The notes under the pieces: model-generated | Told to the model about the DNA's origin: nothing | Databases searched by the model: none | The model's input: the letters and a program-made list of their open reading frames with translations, nothing else | Made by a program: the position numbers and the translations under genes | In this document: one piece after another, positions 20,460 to 29,536 of the stretch | Numbering within the stretch: position 1 is the first letter of the stretch | Layout: each line of letters starts with the position of its first letter | Source of the DNA: Candidatus Bathyarchaeota archaeon | GTDB taxonomy: Archaea > Thermoproteota > Bathyarchaeia > Bathyarchaeales > Bathycorpusculaceae | Length of the DNA stretch: 64,000 nucleotides | Direction of reading: 5' to 3' | Assembly (NCBI GenBank): GCA_963827165.1 | Contig: CAWGZR010000009.1 | Span: 64,001-128,000 of the forward strand

Positions 20460-22362
20460 CTAACAAAATCAACATTTCCCTCAAATTAAGGAACTCCAAG
20501 TTCACGTGGTCATGCGATGCTTGTTCAATTCGTTTTACGGAGGCTTCTAGTTCTTCCTTTTTCTCCTTTGGCAGCTTTTTGCCCAATCGACCTTCCGCGG
20601 CGGAAAGCAGCATTCGGCTCTGGTTTACTCTTTTTATCTTCGTCCTTGTACCTTCCATTAACTTGAGAAGTTGAACGGTCGAAATTTCGATCGTTGTGAG
20701 ATCCTTGTTATTCACATTCTTATTTAAATTGCGTAACGCCAAGTCCAGTTTTCTTTTATCTTTACAAGGGATTCTGCCAGCTTCCTCTTGAAGAAATTTT
20801 TTCACAGCCTGGATAGTTCCCGTTACACAATTTTGGGTTTCGATAAACCCCTTTACTTTCTCATCTGACTCGCTGAACCTAGTCGCTTCGATAATTCTCT
20901 TCATAATTTCATCTTCTGAAAGATTCTTTGTTTCCGCAATCTTGATAGCTTCTATTTTTCCTGTTTCTAAAATTTCTGCGGAGACAGTCAGGATACCGTT
21001 AGAATCTATTTTAAAGGCAACATCCACTTCTTGTTCGTGTTTAGCTCCTTGGGGGATACCTTCAAGCTTGAACATGCCTACAGTGGTGTTATCTTTGGCC
21101 ATTTCGCGTTCTCCTTGCAAGACATGAATTATCATCGACGTCTGGAAATCCTCTTCCGTTGCAAAAGTCATGTTTTCCTCTGTTGGAATTGCACTGTTTC
21201 TTTTAATTAGTCGGGTAAACAGCCCACCAGTTGTCTCCACACCTAAAGATAACGGAGTCACATCTAACAATAACAATTCTTTTATTTCGCCATTTAAGAC
21301 ACAGGCTTCAACACTCGCTCCAGTAGCGACTATTCCCATCGGGTCTATACCTAATTCAGGTTGCGTTTCAAAGTAACTGCCAAAATATTTTCTGACGATA
21401 GGTATTCTAGTTGGTCCTCCGACTAAAATTAGCTTATCAATATCCTCACGGTTTAAGCCTGAATCACTCAAAGATTGCTCTATTGGACCTTGCAGCCTAT
21501 CGAGCTGAGGTTTGATAAGTTCTTCAAGCTTATCACGTGTCAAAGCTATTCTCAGATTTGCGCCAGAGCACTTTGCCTTTACGCCGGTATCTATTGATGT
21601 TGAGACTTCTGTTGAAAGGTGAATCTTCGCCATTTCACCTGCATCTCTAAGTTTGCTTAGTCTCCTCTTATCATTCTCCAAGCAAATTCCGTACTTCTCT
21701 TCAATTTCTTCAACAAGATAGTCTAAAATTTCGTCATCCATGTCCTTACCGCCCAAATGAACATCGCCGCTGGTAGAAAGAACATGGAATAGCCCGTTGT
21801 TTATGTCCAGAATGGTAACGTCAAAGGTTCCGGCGCCCAAATCAAGCACTGCGATCTTAAGATTTTTTCCTAATTTGGCCATACCATAAGCTAACGAAGC
21901 TGCTGTGGGTTCGCTGACTATCCTCAAGACTTCAAAACCGGCTATTTCCCCGGCTTCTTTTGTTGCATTTCGTTGATTGTTGTTGAAGTAAGCGGGCGCC
22001 GAAATTACTGCTTTATCTATTTTCTCGCCCAAATAGGTTTCAGCGTCTTTTTTTATCTTCTTCAATATAAAAGCTGATATTTGTTGAGGGTTATATGACT
22101 GACCATTTATGTTCTCACAATGATCTGTACCGATTTTTCTTTTAATCCACTTGACAGTTCGATCAGGATAATCGTAAGAATATCTCTTTGCATCTTTTCC
22201 CACTAGAACTTCACCGTCATCTTTGAAAGCAACAATTGAAGGTACCATTTTCCCGTAAGCGGTTGGACCTTCTGCGGCTGGAACTATCCTTATTTTTCCT
22301 TCTTTCATCACAGCACCTGCAGAGTTGGAGGTCCCAAGATCGATTCCAATCGTTCGTCTCAT
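20437..22362 (-). CDS. dnaK: Hsp70/DnaK family chaperone (divergent paralogue inside gvp cluster)
   Basis: GIDLGTSNS, PAYF, EPTAA, DLGAGTFD, LVGGPTRIP, LLLDVTPLSLG linker, QGERE; start re-called at MRRTIG. Confidence 0.92.
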   Translation of the reverse strand: MRRTIGIDLGTSNSAGAVMKEGKIRIVPAAEGPTAYGKMVPSIVAFKDDGEVLVGKDAKRYSYDYPDRTVKWIKRKIGTDHCENINGQSYNPQQISAFILKKIKKDAETYLGEKIDKAVISAPAYFNNNQRNATKEAGEIAGFEVLRIVSEPTAASLAYGMAKLGKNLKIAVLDLGAGTFDVTILDINNGLFHVLSTSGDVHLGGKDMDDEILDYLVEEIEEKYGICLENDKRRLSKLRDAGEMAKIHLSTEVSTSIDTGVKAKCSGANLRIALTRDKLEELIKPQLDRLQGPIEQSLSDSGLNREDIDKLILVGGPTRIPIVRKYFGSYFETQPELGIDPMGIVATGASVEACVLNGEIKELLLLDVTPLSLGVETTGGLFTRLIKRNSAIPTEENMTFATEEDFQTSMIIHVLQGEREMAKDNTTVGMFKLEGIPQGAKHEQEVDVAFKIDSNGILTVSAEILETGKIEAIKIAETKNLSEDEIMKRIIEATRFSESDEKVKGFIETQNCVTGTIQAVKKFLQEEAGRIPCKDKRKLDLALRNLNKNVNNKDLTTIEISTVQLLKLMEGTRTKIKRVNQSRMLLSAAEGRLGKKLPKEKKEELEASVKRIEQASHDHVNLEFLNLREMLILLDADYGED

Positions 22363-22381
22363 CGAAATTCCCCCAAGATTG

Positions 22382-23362
22382 TTAGTTAATTCTTTCCTCG
22401 ATGAGAAAATTCTGTTTAACTTGGCTTTCCTCAAGTGAACAAAGATAGTGTTCACAGTATCTCGTTAGGAGAGATTGGGCTTCTCTAATTTTCTTGAACT
22501 TATTTTCACAAGATGGTTTATTTCGATGAAGGTCAGGATGATATTTTCGTACCAGAATGTTATATGCTGAATTAATCTCGGATATGCTTACTTCTTGACC
22601 TAATCCTAGGGTTTTTCTTGCATCGTCTAACTCGTCAAAGTTCATTTTTTTTACGCAGATTTTGGTAAAATTGTAAGCTGGCAAGTGACCTACTGAGAGA
22701 AACTCAAGCCTGCCGGCGTATTTTTCTTCCAACTTGTTTAATCTTTCGTTAAAATCTTGCTCGCGGTTTTTATCAATTAGAAAAGACATATTCGTTAGTG
22801 TATCTTGATCTTCGTTTTTGTTCTCTTCAGAATCCAACAAAACGGTTCCAAGTGAATGTTCTATGTCGGTTATGTATTCAAGTTTCTTTTCATCAAGGGC
22901 TTCCTTCACTTTTTTGCCTAGCTCAACTCTGAGGGTTTGATCATTATTTTTCTTAGATGCTTCGACCAGTTCTTTGATATGTTTGTTTTCGTTCAGGACG
23001 TATGCAAGGATGGTTTTGTTCCATGATATTTTAACGTTAATTTGTAATTTGTTGTCAACTTTTTCTAAAGTTTTCTTAAATTGCATTTTGCCTCGTTTTA
23101 GAATATTCTTTATTTCTTTTTCGTTTTTAGCCACTAATCCGAAACCCATTGGAATTAACGAGTATGGATCCATGATTTTACATAATACCTTTTCATGTGT
23201 TTTCGCTTCTTCGATGCCAATTCTGCAGTTGTCAAAAACGTCACTAACTACAGCACCCAGCTCTCCAAATTGGACAATGTATGTTTCGCCATTTCCAACT
23301 CCGATGTTTCCGAACGTTTTCTTGTTTTCAGAATCTATAATTCCGTAAATGTATTTTGCCAA
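22382..23362 (-). CDS. GvpL/GvpF family protein fused to C-terminal J-domain
   Basis: YIYGII, HEKVL, IPMGFG, GHLPAYNF (GvpF/L); then ARKTLGL...EINSAY...KYHPD...KFKKIREAQSLL (J-domain, HPD). Confidence 0.88.
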   Translation of the reverse strand: MAKYIYGIIDSENKKTFGNIGVGNGETYIVQFGELGAVVSDVFDNCRIGIEEAKTHEKVLCKIMDPYSLIPMGFGLVAKNEKEIKNILKRGKMQFKKTLEKVDNKLQINVKISWNKTILAYVLNENKHIKELVEASKKNNDQTLRVELGKKVKEALDEKKLEYITDIEHSLGTVLLDSEENKNEDQDTLTNMSFLIDKNREQDFNERLNKLEEKYAGRLEFLSVGHLPAYNFTKICVKKMNFDELDDARKTLGLGQEVSISEINSAYNILVRKYHPDLHRNKPSCENKFKKIREAQSLLTRYCEHYLCSLEESQVKQNFLIEERIN

Positions 23363-23367
23363 ATTTT

Positions 23368-24174
23368 TCAGTTCTCCTTAATTTTTGACTCGTTCATTTG
23401 TCCTGAGAAAGAATATGGCGGCCAAGGTCCAGTGAATCTAACGTCGAAGCCGTCATTCACAAACTTGGCTAATATGTTTCCTAATTCCTCAATTTTTCCC
23501 GTGTAAGCAAGACAGCTCATGTTAAGAATCATTTGTTTGTCTTTCCACTTTTCGGGAACTTCTTTGTTTGTTGAAGAAAGCTTTACCTCATCGACCAGAT
23601 TCTCGATTTGAACGCAAATATTTTTTGTGAATTTGTTTATGACAAGTTGTTTTTCAACCTGTATTTTTTGGTCTAGCTTTTTCCCCAGAAGGTAGGCTGC
23701 GCCGCCGCATGATTTTTTCAATTTCTCTTTTAAAGACTGTATTTCTTGATTTTCATTTAGTAAATCATCAAGATTTTGGTTCTTAAGGAAGATCTGAATT
23801 CCATATTCGGCTTTTCCTTCCAATCTGGCGAACAACTTTTTGAGCTGAAAGTACTGCTCAGATAACCACTTTCCGAGAGTTTCGTCGTTGCCTTTGAAGA
23901 TTGTGTCGAATGTCAACGGAATAACCGTTCCATATTCCTCTGTTGCCAAGTCAATTACATATTGATGCGCCAAAATCCACTCACCCGCTTTTTCTTTCGA
24001 TTTAGTTTCGTACGGTTTTGCTTTACACGAGTGAATGACCAGCCCCACGTCTTGAAAAGCTACAACTCTTACTTCATTGTCTTCAACGCCTATTGGCCGA
24101 AAATCATTTGCGTTTCCATTATTGATAATACAATAGACGTATTTTCCTTCTTCGAAACTATTTTCTTGAATCAT
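23368..24174 (-). CDS. gvpL: Gas vesicle protein GvpL (GvpL/GvpF family)
   Basis: GKYVYCI, HQYVID, TVIPLTFDTIF, GAAYLL, RFTGPWPPYSF; follows gvpK. Confidence 0.88.
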   Translation of the reverse strand: MIQENSFEEGKYVYCIINNGNANDFRPIGVEDNEVRVVAFQDVGLVIHSCKAKPYETKSKEKAGEWILAHQYVIDLATEEYGTVIPLTFDTIFKGNDETLGKWLSEQYFQLKKLFARLEGKAEYGIQIFLKNQNLDDLLNENQEIQSLKEKLKKSCGGAAYLLGKKLDQKIQVEKQLVINKFTKNICVQIENLVDEVKLSSTNKEVPEKWKDKQMILNMSCLAYTGKIEELGNILAKFVNDGFDVRFTGPWPPYSFSGQMNESKIKEN

Positions 24175-24488
24175 TGGGTAACACCTTTATTGTCTATGTT
24201 TTCAGGATCAGTCATTATATTGATGGTATCTTCCACCATTCGGTCGAGGTCAGTCCTCAAACATTTAACAACAGATTGAAGACTGTTTTCTTCCTTGATG
24301 TGCTCAAGCGCATGATCAAGTTCCATCAACCCATTGCCCAATCTTTCAACTTCGTACTCGTCTAATCTGCCTGACTCCATTCTTCTCACAGCTTCTTTTT
24401 CAAGAACTTCCTGGATAACTTCAACTAAAGTGACAATAACTCCGAGAAGACCGGTTTTCAGGTCTTGTTCATTAATTTCTATTGGCAT
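24171..24488 (-). CDS. gvpK: Gas vesicle protein GvpK
   Basis: GLLGVIVTLVEVIQEVLEKEAVRRMESGRL...ERLG. Confidence 0.92.
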   Translation of the reverse strand: MPIEINEQDLKTGLLGVIVTLVEVIQEVLEKEAVRRMESGRLDEYEVERLGNGLMELDHALEHIKEENSLQSVVKCLRTDLDRMVEDTINIMTDPENIDNKGVTQ

Positions 24489-25014
24489 GTGATTCCTCCT
24501 TCGTGCTTAGTTTTACCTCCAAGACACTGTTGTGAAGGTTTTTTTCAATTTTGCCAATGACTGAGCAGGGCAAATGAACTTCTTTGTAATATTCTTTCCC
24601 AGATATTATTAGACAAGACTCAGTCAATCTCAATTGTACAAATTTCTCCGTCGAAGGGAGCGCGGCAATGACCCTTACTAGATTTTCCTCTTCTATTACA
24701 TCTATAAGCTCCTCTGCACGAACTTTGCTGGCGAAATCTTCATCTACCCACCAGCTGAACATGATTTTTTGACCAGTTAACCGATCTATCTTCGACTGCT
24801 GGAAAGAAAGGATTGGTTTACCAATGATCTCTTTGGCAGTTGGGTTGATGATTTCTCTTATGATCAGAAGAACTTCCATATCTGAGGATGCGCACAGCAG
24901 ATTCGATAAATCTCTTAGCTCTGCATGACTCTCGTTTAATAGGAACATTGTCATCTTTCTGCTTTTCTCGTCCAAAACATTAAGGAGCAAATCAAGTTTG
25001 GTCAAAGCGCTCAA
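24472..25014 (-). CDS. Hsp20/alpha-crystallin-like (GvpH-like) protein with N-terminal helical (HTH-like) domain
   Basis: C-terminal IDVIEEENLVRVIAALP...YYKEVHLP...HNSVLEVKL. Confidence 0.7.
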   Translation of the reverse strand: MSALTKLDLLLNVLDEKSRKMTMFLLNESHAELRDLSNLLCASSDMEVLLIIREIINPTAKEIIGKPILSFQQSKIDRLTGQKIMFSWWVDEDFASKVRAEELIDVIEEENLVRVIAALPSTEKFVQLRLTESCLIISGKEYYKEVHLPCSVIGKIEKNLHNSVLEVKLSTKEESHANRN

Positions 25015-25397
25015 TTCTGTACCCCCAATTTAACTCCAACTTTCATAGCTTTTTCTTTCTGCGATCTGGCACTTTCCCATCCGCACCAAGGACATGCAAA
25101 GTTCAATAATTCGTTTCTGTTAACGTCTTTTCCACATTGAGGGCAATCTTCTTTTTCGATACTAACGTCTTTCCAAGCGATTGTTTCCAGATTGGTTCCC
25201 GATGGAAATTCTAGCCCATATTTTGCTGCGGTCTCAAATGAAGCGAGTGCAGCTCTGATTTTTATTCCCAGCAGTTCCACTCCAGCAACGCTGATTGCAA
25301 TATCTGCGTTAATTACCAATCCCTTATCCAAGATTCTATCGATTGCTTCGGCTAAACCCGAATTCTCTTTTTCTGGTCTTAATGCTAAATTCGTCAT
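25011..25397 (-). CDS. gvpJ: Gas vesicle protein GvpJ with C-terminal zinc ribbon
   Basis: LAEAIDRILDKGLVINADI...RAALASFETAAKYGLEFP; CPQC...CPWC. Confidence 0.9.
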   Translation of the reverse strand: MTNLALRPEKENSGLAEAIDRILDKGLVINADIAISVAGVELLGIKIRAALASFETAAKYGLEFPSGTNLETIAWKDVSIEKEDCPQCGKDVNRNELLNFACPWCGWESARSQKEKAMKVGVKLGVQN

Positions 25398-25415
25398 ATT
25401 CTTAATCTCCTGATT

Positions 25416-25760
25416 TTAGTATTGAATTCCGCCACACCAAGGACACTCTCTTTCATGTTCTTCCCCAGTGGATTTTCTACCGCACTTTCGACAGATCTGC
25501 AACATTGACATGGCTTGCCATGCTTGCGCCTCTAGATTAGTATTTGCGGGAAATTTCAAACCCAGCTTTTTTGCTGTCTCAAAGGAAGAAAGAATTATGC
25601 GCGACTTAGTGTCTAAAAGACTGATGTCACTAATTCGAATCTTCGCAGCCGCGTCTATTATGACACCTTTGTCCATTATCACATCTAATAGACTGTTCAA
25701 GGTGGCCTCTCGTGATTTACTGAATACCAAAAAAGACCCCCCTTGCACGTTGATAGACAT
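25416..25760 (-). CDS. Divergent GvpJ paralogue with zinc ribbon
   Basis: LLDVIMDKGVIIDA...SSFETAKKLGLKFP; CRKC...CPWC; start uncertain. Confidence 0.8.
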   Translation of the reverse strand: MSINVQGGSFLVFSKSREATLNSLLDVIMDKGVIIDAAAKIRISDISLLDTKSRIILSSFETAKKLGLKFPANTNLEAQAWQAMSMLQICRKCGRKSTGEEHERECPWCGGIQY

Positions 25761-25881
25761 GTTCTTTTCTTTGAAAAACGGTCAACTCCGATCCGATGTT
25801 TCCGTTACCAAATAGGTTTTCGAAACTATTCCATCTGCCTGATTTTTGTACTTCTTTCAATACATTCGCTTCCTACAATAT

Positions 25882-26172
25882 TTAGCCTAAAATGTTAATT
25901 CTTTGACTTGGACGAACTATGTTTAACCTTTTATTTGTCATCCGTTGGTGACAAAGTGCATTGTTGCGTTCTTCATATTCTTCCTGAGTTTTCTCGCCAA
26001 GTTCATAGAGGAGTCTATTTTCTCTAAGTTCATTGTTAATTCTTTGCTGATTTTCATTAACTCTACCTTCATCGGCATAATCCATTATAGTCTCCATTAG
26101 CCAAACCATGTCAAATGGTGGCACAGAAAGACCCAACATTTCCAGGAAAAGATCATCTATAAAAAAGGGCAT
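25882..26172 (-). CDS. gvpG: Gas vesicle protein GvpG
   Basis: FFIDDLF..PF, ELRENRLLYELGE...EEYEER; follows gvpF. Confidence 0.85.
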   Translation of the reverse strand: MPFFIDDLFLEMLGLSVPPFDMVWLMETIMDYADEGRVNENQQRINNELRENRLLYELGEKTQEEYEERNNALCHQRMTNKRLNIVRPSQRINILG

Positions 26173-26176
26173 TCGA

Positions 26177-26836
26177 CTACACCCGTTTCTTCTTTACTTC
26201 TACACCTTCTGCACCTATCTTTATGTACACAAAGTTATGTGGTGCCCAGGGTCCACTATATAGAAACTTTAGCGTTGAATATTTGGTCTGAAGTCTTTCA
26301 ACTTCCTCTGAGAATGAACCTATCAATTCTTTCCCGACCAAAAAAGACGCGTTTAAAACAAGTCTTTCGCTGAACAAGCCACATGCGACTGCTTCCTTGG
26401 ACTTAGATTTCAGAGATTCTAATATTTCTGAAACCATTGTTTCTTTCTGTTCTGCATCTACAAAAGCAGTTTTGTCGGTTCTAACAATCTTTACCCCGAG
26501 TTCAACCATATTTTCGACTACTTTTAGAGATTCTAAAGCAGGGCTATAGGCCTTCTTAATCAAGCGTTTCAAGATTATGTCATTTTTTATTGTTGTTCCA
26601 AATTCAGTCGGGACAACTGAGTATTCATTCATTATTTCTTGAACAACTTTCTCATGTTTCTTTGTATTATTTTCGGTCAACTCGTAGTCTGTCATCGGAG
26701 AATCGCTGACAACTGCCGCAATGCCGCCGCAGGGAATGGTAAAAACTTCCTTGTCATTCAAGCCTATCTTGCCGAAGTTTCTTTCTTCAGAGCATTTTAT
26801 TACGCAGTAAAAATATTTTCCTTGTTCCTTATCCAT
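26177..26836 (-). CDS. gvpF: Gas vesicle protein GvpF
   Basis: GKYFYCV, AVVSD, HEKVVQ, VPTEFG, LNASFLV, YSGPWAPHNFV. Confidence 0.9.
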   Translation of the reverse strand: MDKEQGKYFYCVIKCSEERNFGKIGLNDKEVFTIPCGGIAAVVSDSPMTDYELTENNTKKHEKVVQEIMNEYSVVPTEFGTTIKNDIILKRLIKKAYSPALESLKVVENMVELGVKIVRTDKTAFVDAEQKETMVSEILESLKSKSKEAVACGLFSERLVLNASFLVGKELIGSFSEEVERLQTKYSTLKFLYSGPWAPHNFVYIKIGAEGVEVKKKRV

Positions 26837-26847
26837 TTGACAAACCT

Positions 26848-27669
26848 CTAGATTTCAAGTTCTTGTTTCAGGTAATGGTTCAGAACAGAATGAGCTTGAA
26901 TATGTTCATGAACCAAGTTTCTTATTCTTGGTTTGGCATCTTCAACCGGGCCATAAACTATTTCTTTGCCTGATTTTTTGAATGCCAGTAACCCTTTTTG
27001 CTCCAGCGAATGAAGCAACGGATATATTGTTCCTGGACTAAGTAGCACGTTAAACTTCAAATGTATGGTTCCTATTATTTCAGTTCCACACATCATGTCC
27101 TTCTGAAGAATGGCTAAGATTACATTTTCTAAGTTATCCTTTACTATTTTTTCAACAGACTTGCCCGACAATTCAGATTCATTGAAGAAGTCTCCAGACA
27201 ATATTGTCAAATCACTTGTCGTCAAACGAAGCTCATTATGATACGTAGCTAACTGCTTGATTTTTTCAAAGTTGAATTTTGTAAGGTCATAAGTACATAA
27301 GCAGTTTAAGTTGCTGCCCCGGCATAATTCGTTTAGATAACCCTCTCTTTTTTCAATTTCAGCACATTTTTCGTTAGCTAATGACCCCGCGTCAATTATA
27401 AGCTGCAAATCATTGTCTTCGCTGTTGAGTTCGTAAAGTTCGCTTGAATTAATAATCTTCAACTGAATGCTTAAATGATTGAACTCTTCCGTTAGCAATG
27501 AGCTGTCGTCTCCAGTAACATAAATTATTCTTTGGTTTGCTCTGGAAGGAATCAAGAATGCGTTTTGGATCGAATACTTATCTACATTTGGAGCATAAAG
27601 ATGCAGGGCATGTTTTGAATTAGTTCCGCAGATTTTCAGGGATTCCATAGGCAGATTTTTTGTGTACAT
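26848..27669 (-). CDS. MEDS-like sensor domain fused to PadR/GvpE-like wHTH regulator
   Basis: N-terminal HALHLY...IIYVT...LIIDAG...LCTYD (MEDS-like); C-terminal MCGTEII...LSPGTIYPLLHSLEQKGL. Confidence 0.75.
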   Translation of the reverse strand: MYTKNLPMESLKICGTNSKHALHLYAPNVDKYSIQNAFLIPSRANQRIIYVTGDDSSLLTEEFNHLSIQLKIINSSELYELNSEDNDLQLIIDAGSLANEKCAEIEKREGYLNELCRGSNLNCLCTYDLTKFNFEKIKQLATYHNELRLTTSDLTILSGDFFNESELSGKSVEKIVKDNLENVILAILQKDMMCGTEIIGTIHLKFNVLLSPGTIYPLLHSLEQKGLLAFKKSGKEIVYGPVEDAKPRIRNLVHEHIQAHSVLNHYLKQELEI

Positions 27670-27689
27670 TCAGTTTCCTTCCTTACCTC

Positions 27690-27971
27690 TTACTCCTCTA
27701 TCTCAGACGCAATTCGATCACTGCGTTTTCTGACCATTTTCTGTGTCCAGCCAATTACTTTCCCTTCTTCATCTAGTCTTATTACATATCTTGCGAGAAG
27801 ATCTTGTGTGTCCGGTATGGATTTTCTCTGCAATACTTCGACGGTGACTGCCCATTCGCCATTTTTCTCTTTGATATCTACAATGGTTTCAGGGTTTTTG
27901 GAGAGAAACCTTTTTGCCGCGTCAAGAGCAACTTCTGTAATCTTAAAAAGCGAAAGCTTATTTTGCGTCAT
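27690..27971 (-). CDS. gvpO: Gas vesicle protein GvpO
   Basis: GEWAVTVEVLQRKSIPDTQDLLARYVIRLDEEG. Confidence 0.92.
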   Translation of the reverse strand: MTQNKLSLFKITEVALDAAKRFLSKNPETIVDIKEKNGEWAVTVEVLQRKSIPDTQDLLARYVIRLDEEGKVIGWTQKMVRKRSDRIASEIEE

Positions 27972-27998
27972 TTTCGTTTGCTCTCCTCTTCAAAACCC

Positions 27999-29060
27999 CT
28001 ACGGTTGGCAAACGCCGATTTCTGGAACTATAAAATCGGGGCTGTTTTTCTGTATGTTAACGTGGGCATCGCACAGTATTTCTCTAATGAAATCAATTTT
28101 GTCAGGGATCTCCACTGGATTACCTATTTTTGTTGCGAGCACATCTAAGCAAATTTGTTCAAAGTCTTCTTTGGAATAATTACCCATTGCTTTGAGTCCT
28201 TTAGAAATCATGATTTCTGCACGTGTACCAGGCTTGTGAGGATCAGGCAATTCTTTTCTTAGGGAACGAACGATTTTGACAATATTTTTTGCCTCGACCA
28301 CTGATATGTGGGAATGTGCTCTGACTATTTTCACTTCGGTGTCAAAGTCGTAATAGTCCATGTGAAGATCGATCATTCTGTCCAACAGGGCGTCTTGTGG
28401 TCTATGAACTCCCGCGTATTCAACAGAGTTACTTGTGAATATTACCTTAAAGTCTGGATGAACTTTTACGTATCTTTCGTCTCCGAACATCGTTGGAAGT
28501 TCTAAAACGTGTTCCTCTAATACTGATAGAAGAACATTGTTGGCTTCGGGCTTTGATCTTGAAAACTCGTTGTAAACTAAAGTGTAGCCGTATTTGCATG
28601 CGAGCGTAAGCGGATTGTCAACCCACCTATATTTTGTCTTATCCTTAGTCACCCTGACGTTATGGATATATTTGTCCACTAGACTTTCGGCTTCCATTTC
28701 TGAGTATCCACCGATTAAGTCGGTTGTTGTAATCTGATCGTCGCCGTTTATCCAAACTGTCGGTCGGCCCAATTCTTTTGCCACTTGCATGGCCATCGTT
28801 GTCTTTCCGCAACCAGTAGGTCCTACGATATGAGGGTGACATGAAGCTTTAACCCATAATCTGATTCTGTCTTTTAATTGTCTAACTTGATCGGTTTCAA
28901 TAAAACTTTCAATCTTGGGAGTTAAGAACTCTGTCTCCACTCGATCTATGGAGAGTTCCGCTTGTTTCGTTTCATCAGAAATCTTGGATTGTCTTTCTTC
29001 CAAAGTTTCATGAACCCGTTTTCCACGGACAACTCTTTGATGAGTCGGCATATATTTCAA
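27999..29060 (-). CDS. gvpN: Gas vesicle protein GvpN (AAA+ ATPase)
   Basis: GPTGCGKT, WVDNPLTLAC, YNEFSRSKPEANNVLL, HPDF, EYAGVH.PQDALLDRM. Confidence 0.95.
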   Translation of the reverse strand: MKYMPTHQRVVRGKRVHETLEERQSKISDETKQAELSIDRVETEFLTPKIESFIETDQVRQLKDRIRLWVKASCHPHIVGPTGCGKTTMAMQVAKELGRPTVWINGDDQITTTDLIGGYSEMEAESLVDKYIHNVRVTKDKTKYRWVDNPLTLACKYGYTLVYNEFSRSKPEANNVLLSVLEEHVLELPTMFGDERYVKVHPDFKVIFTSNSVEYAGVHRPQDALLDRMIDLHMDYYDFDTEVKIVRAHSHISVVEAKNIVKIVRSLRKELPDPHKPGTRAEIMISKGLKAMGNYSKEDFEQICLDVLATKIGNPVEIPDKIDFIREILCDAHVNIQKNSPDFIVPEIGVCQP

Positions 29061-29111
29061 TTCTAAATTCCTCGGTTTTTTCTTGTAAGAACGTGTATCT
29101 CGACAATTCCT

Positions 29112-29152
29112 TTTAAGGAATATTCAGATATTCGTTACGAAAACTGTATCGA
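29112..29152 (-). promoter_or_regulatory. gvpN promoter motif TCGATAC-N17-TCTGAATATTcCTTAAA
   Basis: Same motif and spacing as upstream of gvpA; ends in TATA-like CTTAAAAG. Confidence 0.65.
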
Positions 29153-29261
29153 AAAGCGAAAACTATCTAGAAGGTTTCTCTATCTGGGTCAAAACAAGAT
29201 CTTGGTGAAAACGCTTAATCAAACCTTGATTTGGAGGTCTCGATGAAAGAAAAAAAAGGGC

Positions 29262-29432
29262 TCAATTTTTCAAGGCTTTTTCTTTTTTGAGATCATTTAC
29301 CCATAGCATACGTACTCGCTGTGGACGAGGCACGACTGAACAGTATTGTACCATTTCTCTGTGTTTTCTTAACCACTGTATTTTCTTATCCCTTTCTTGT
29401 GCATTAACAGCACTTTTCGGCATTTTTGACAA
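29262..29432 (-). CDS. Unannotated 56-aa basic protein between gvpC-like and gvpN (possibly GvpI-like)
   Basis: GAGGTGA SD then TTG; MSKMPKSAVNAQERDKKIQWLRKHREMVQYCSVVPRPQRVRMLWVNDLKKEKALKN; T8 tract follows stop. Confidence 0.6.
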   Translation of the reverse strand: MSKMPKSAVNAQERDKKIQWLRKHREMVQYCSVVPRPQRVRMLWVNDLKKEKALKN

Positions 29433-29536
29433 ACTACTTCACCTCTTAATTAATCAGTTTCTTGAATGTTAATTTTGATTATATTAATAGGAAAATATGG
29501 AGAAGAGGAACAGCTTATTCTAAGGATGAGTGGAGC

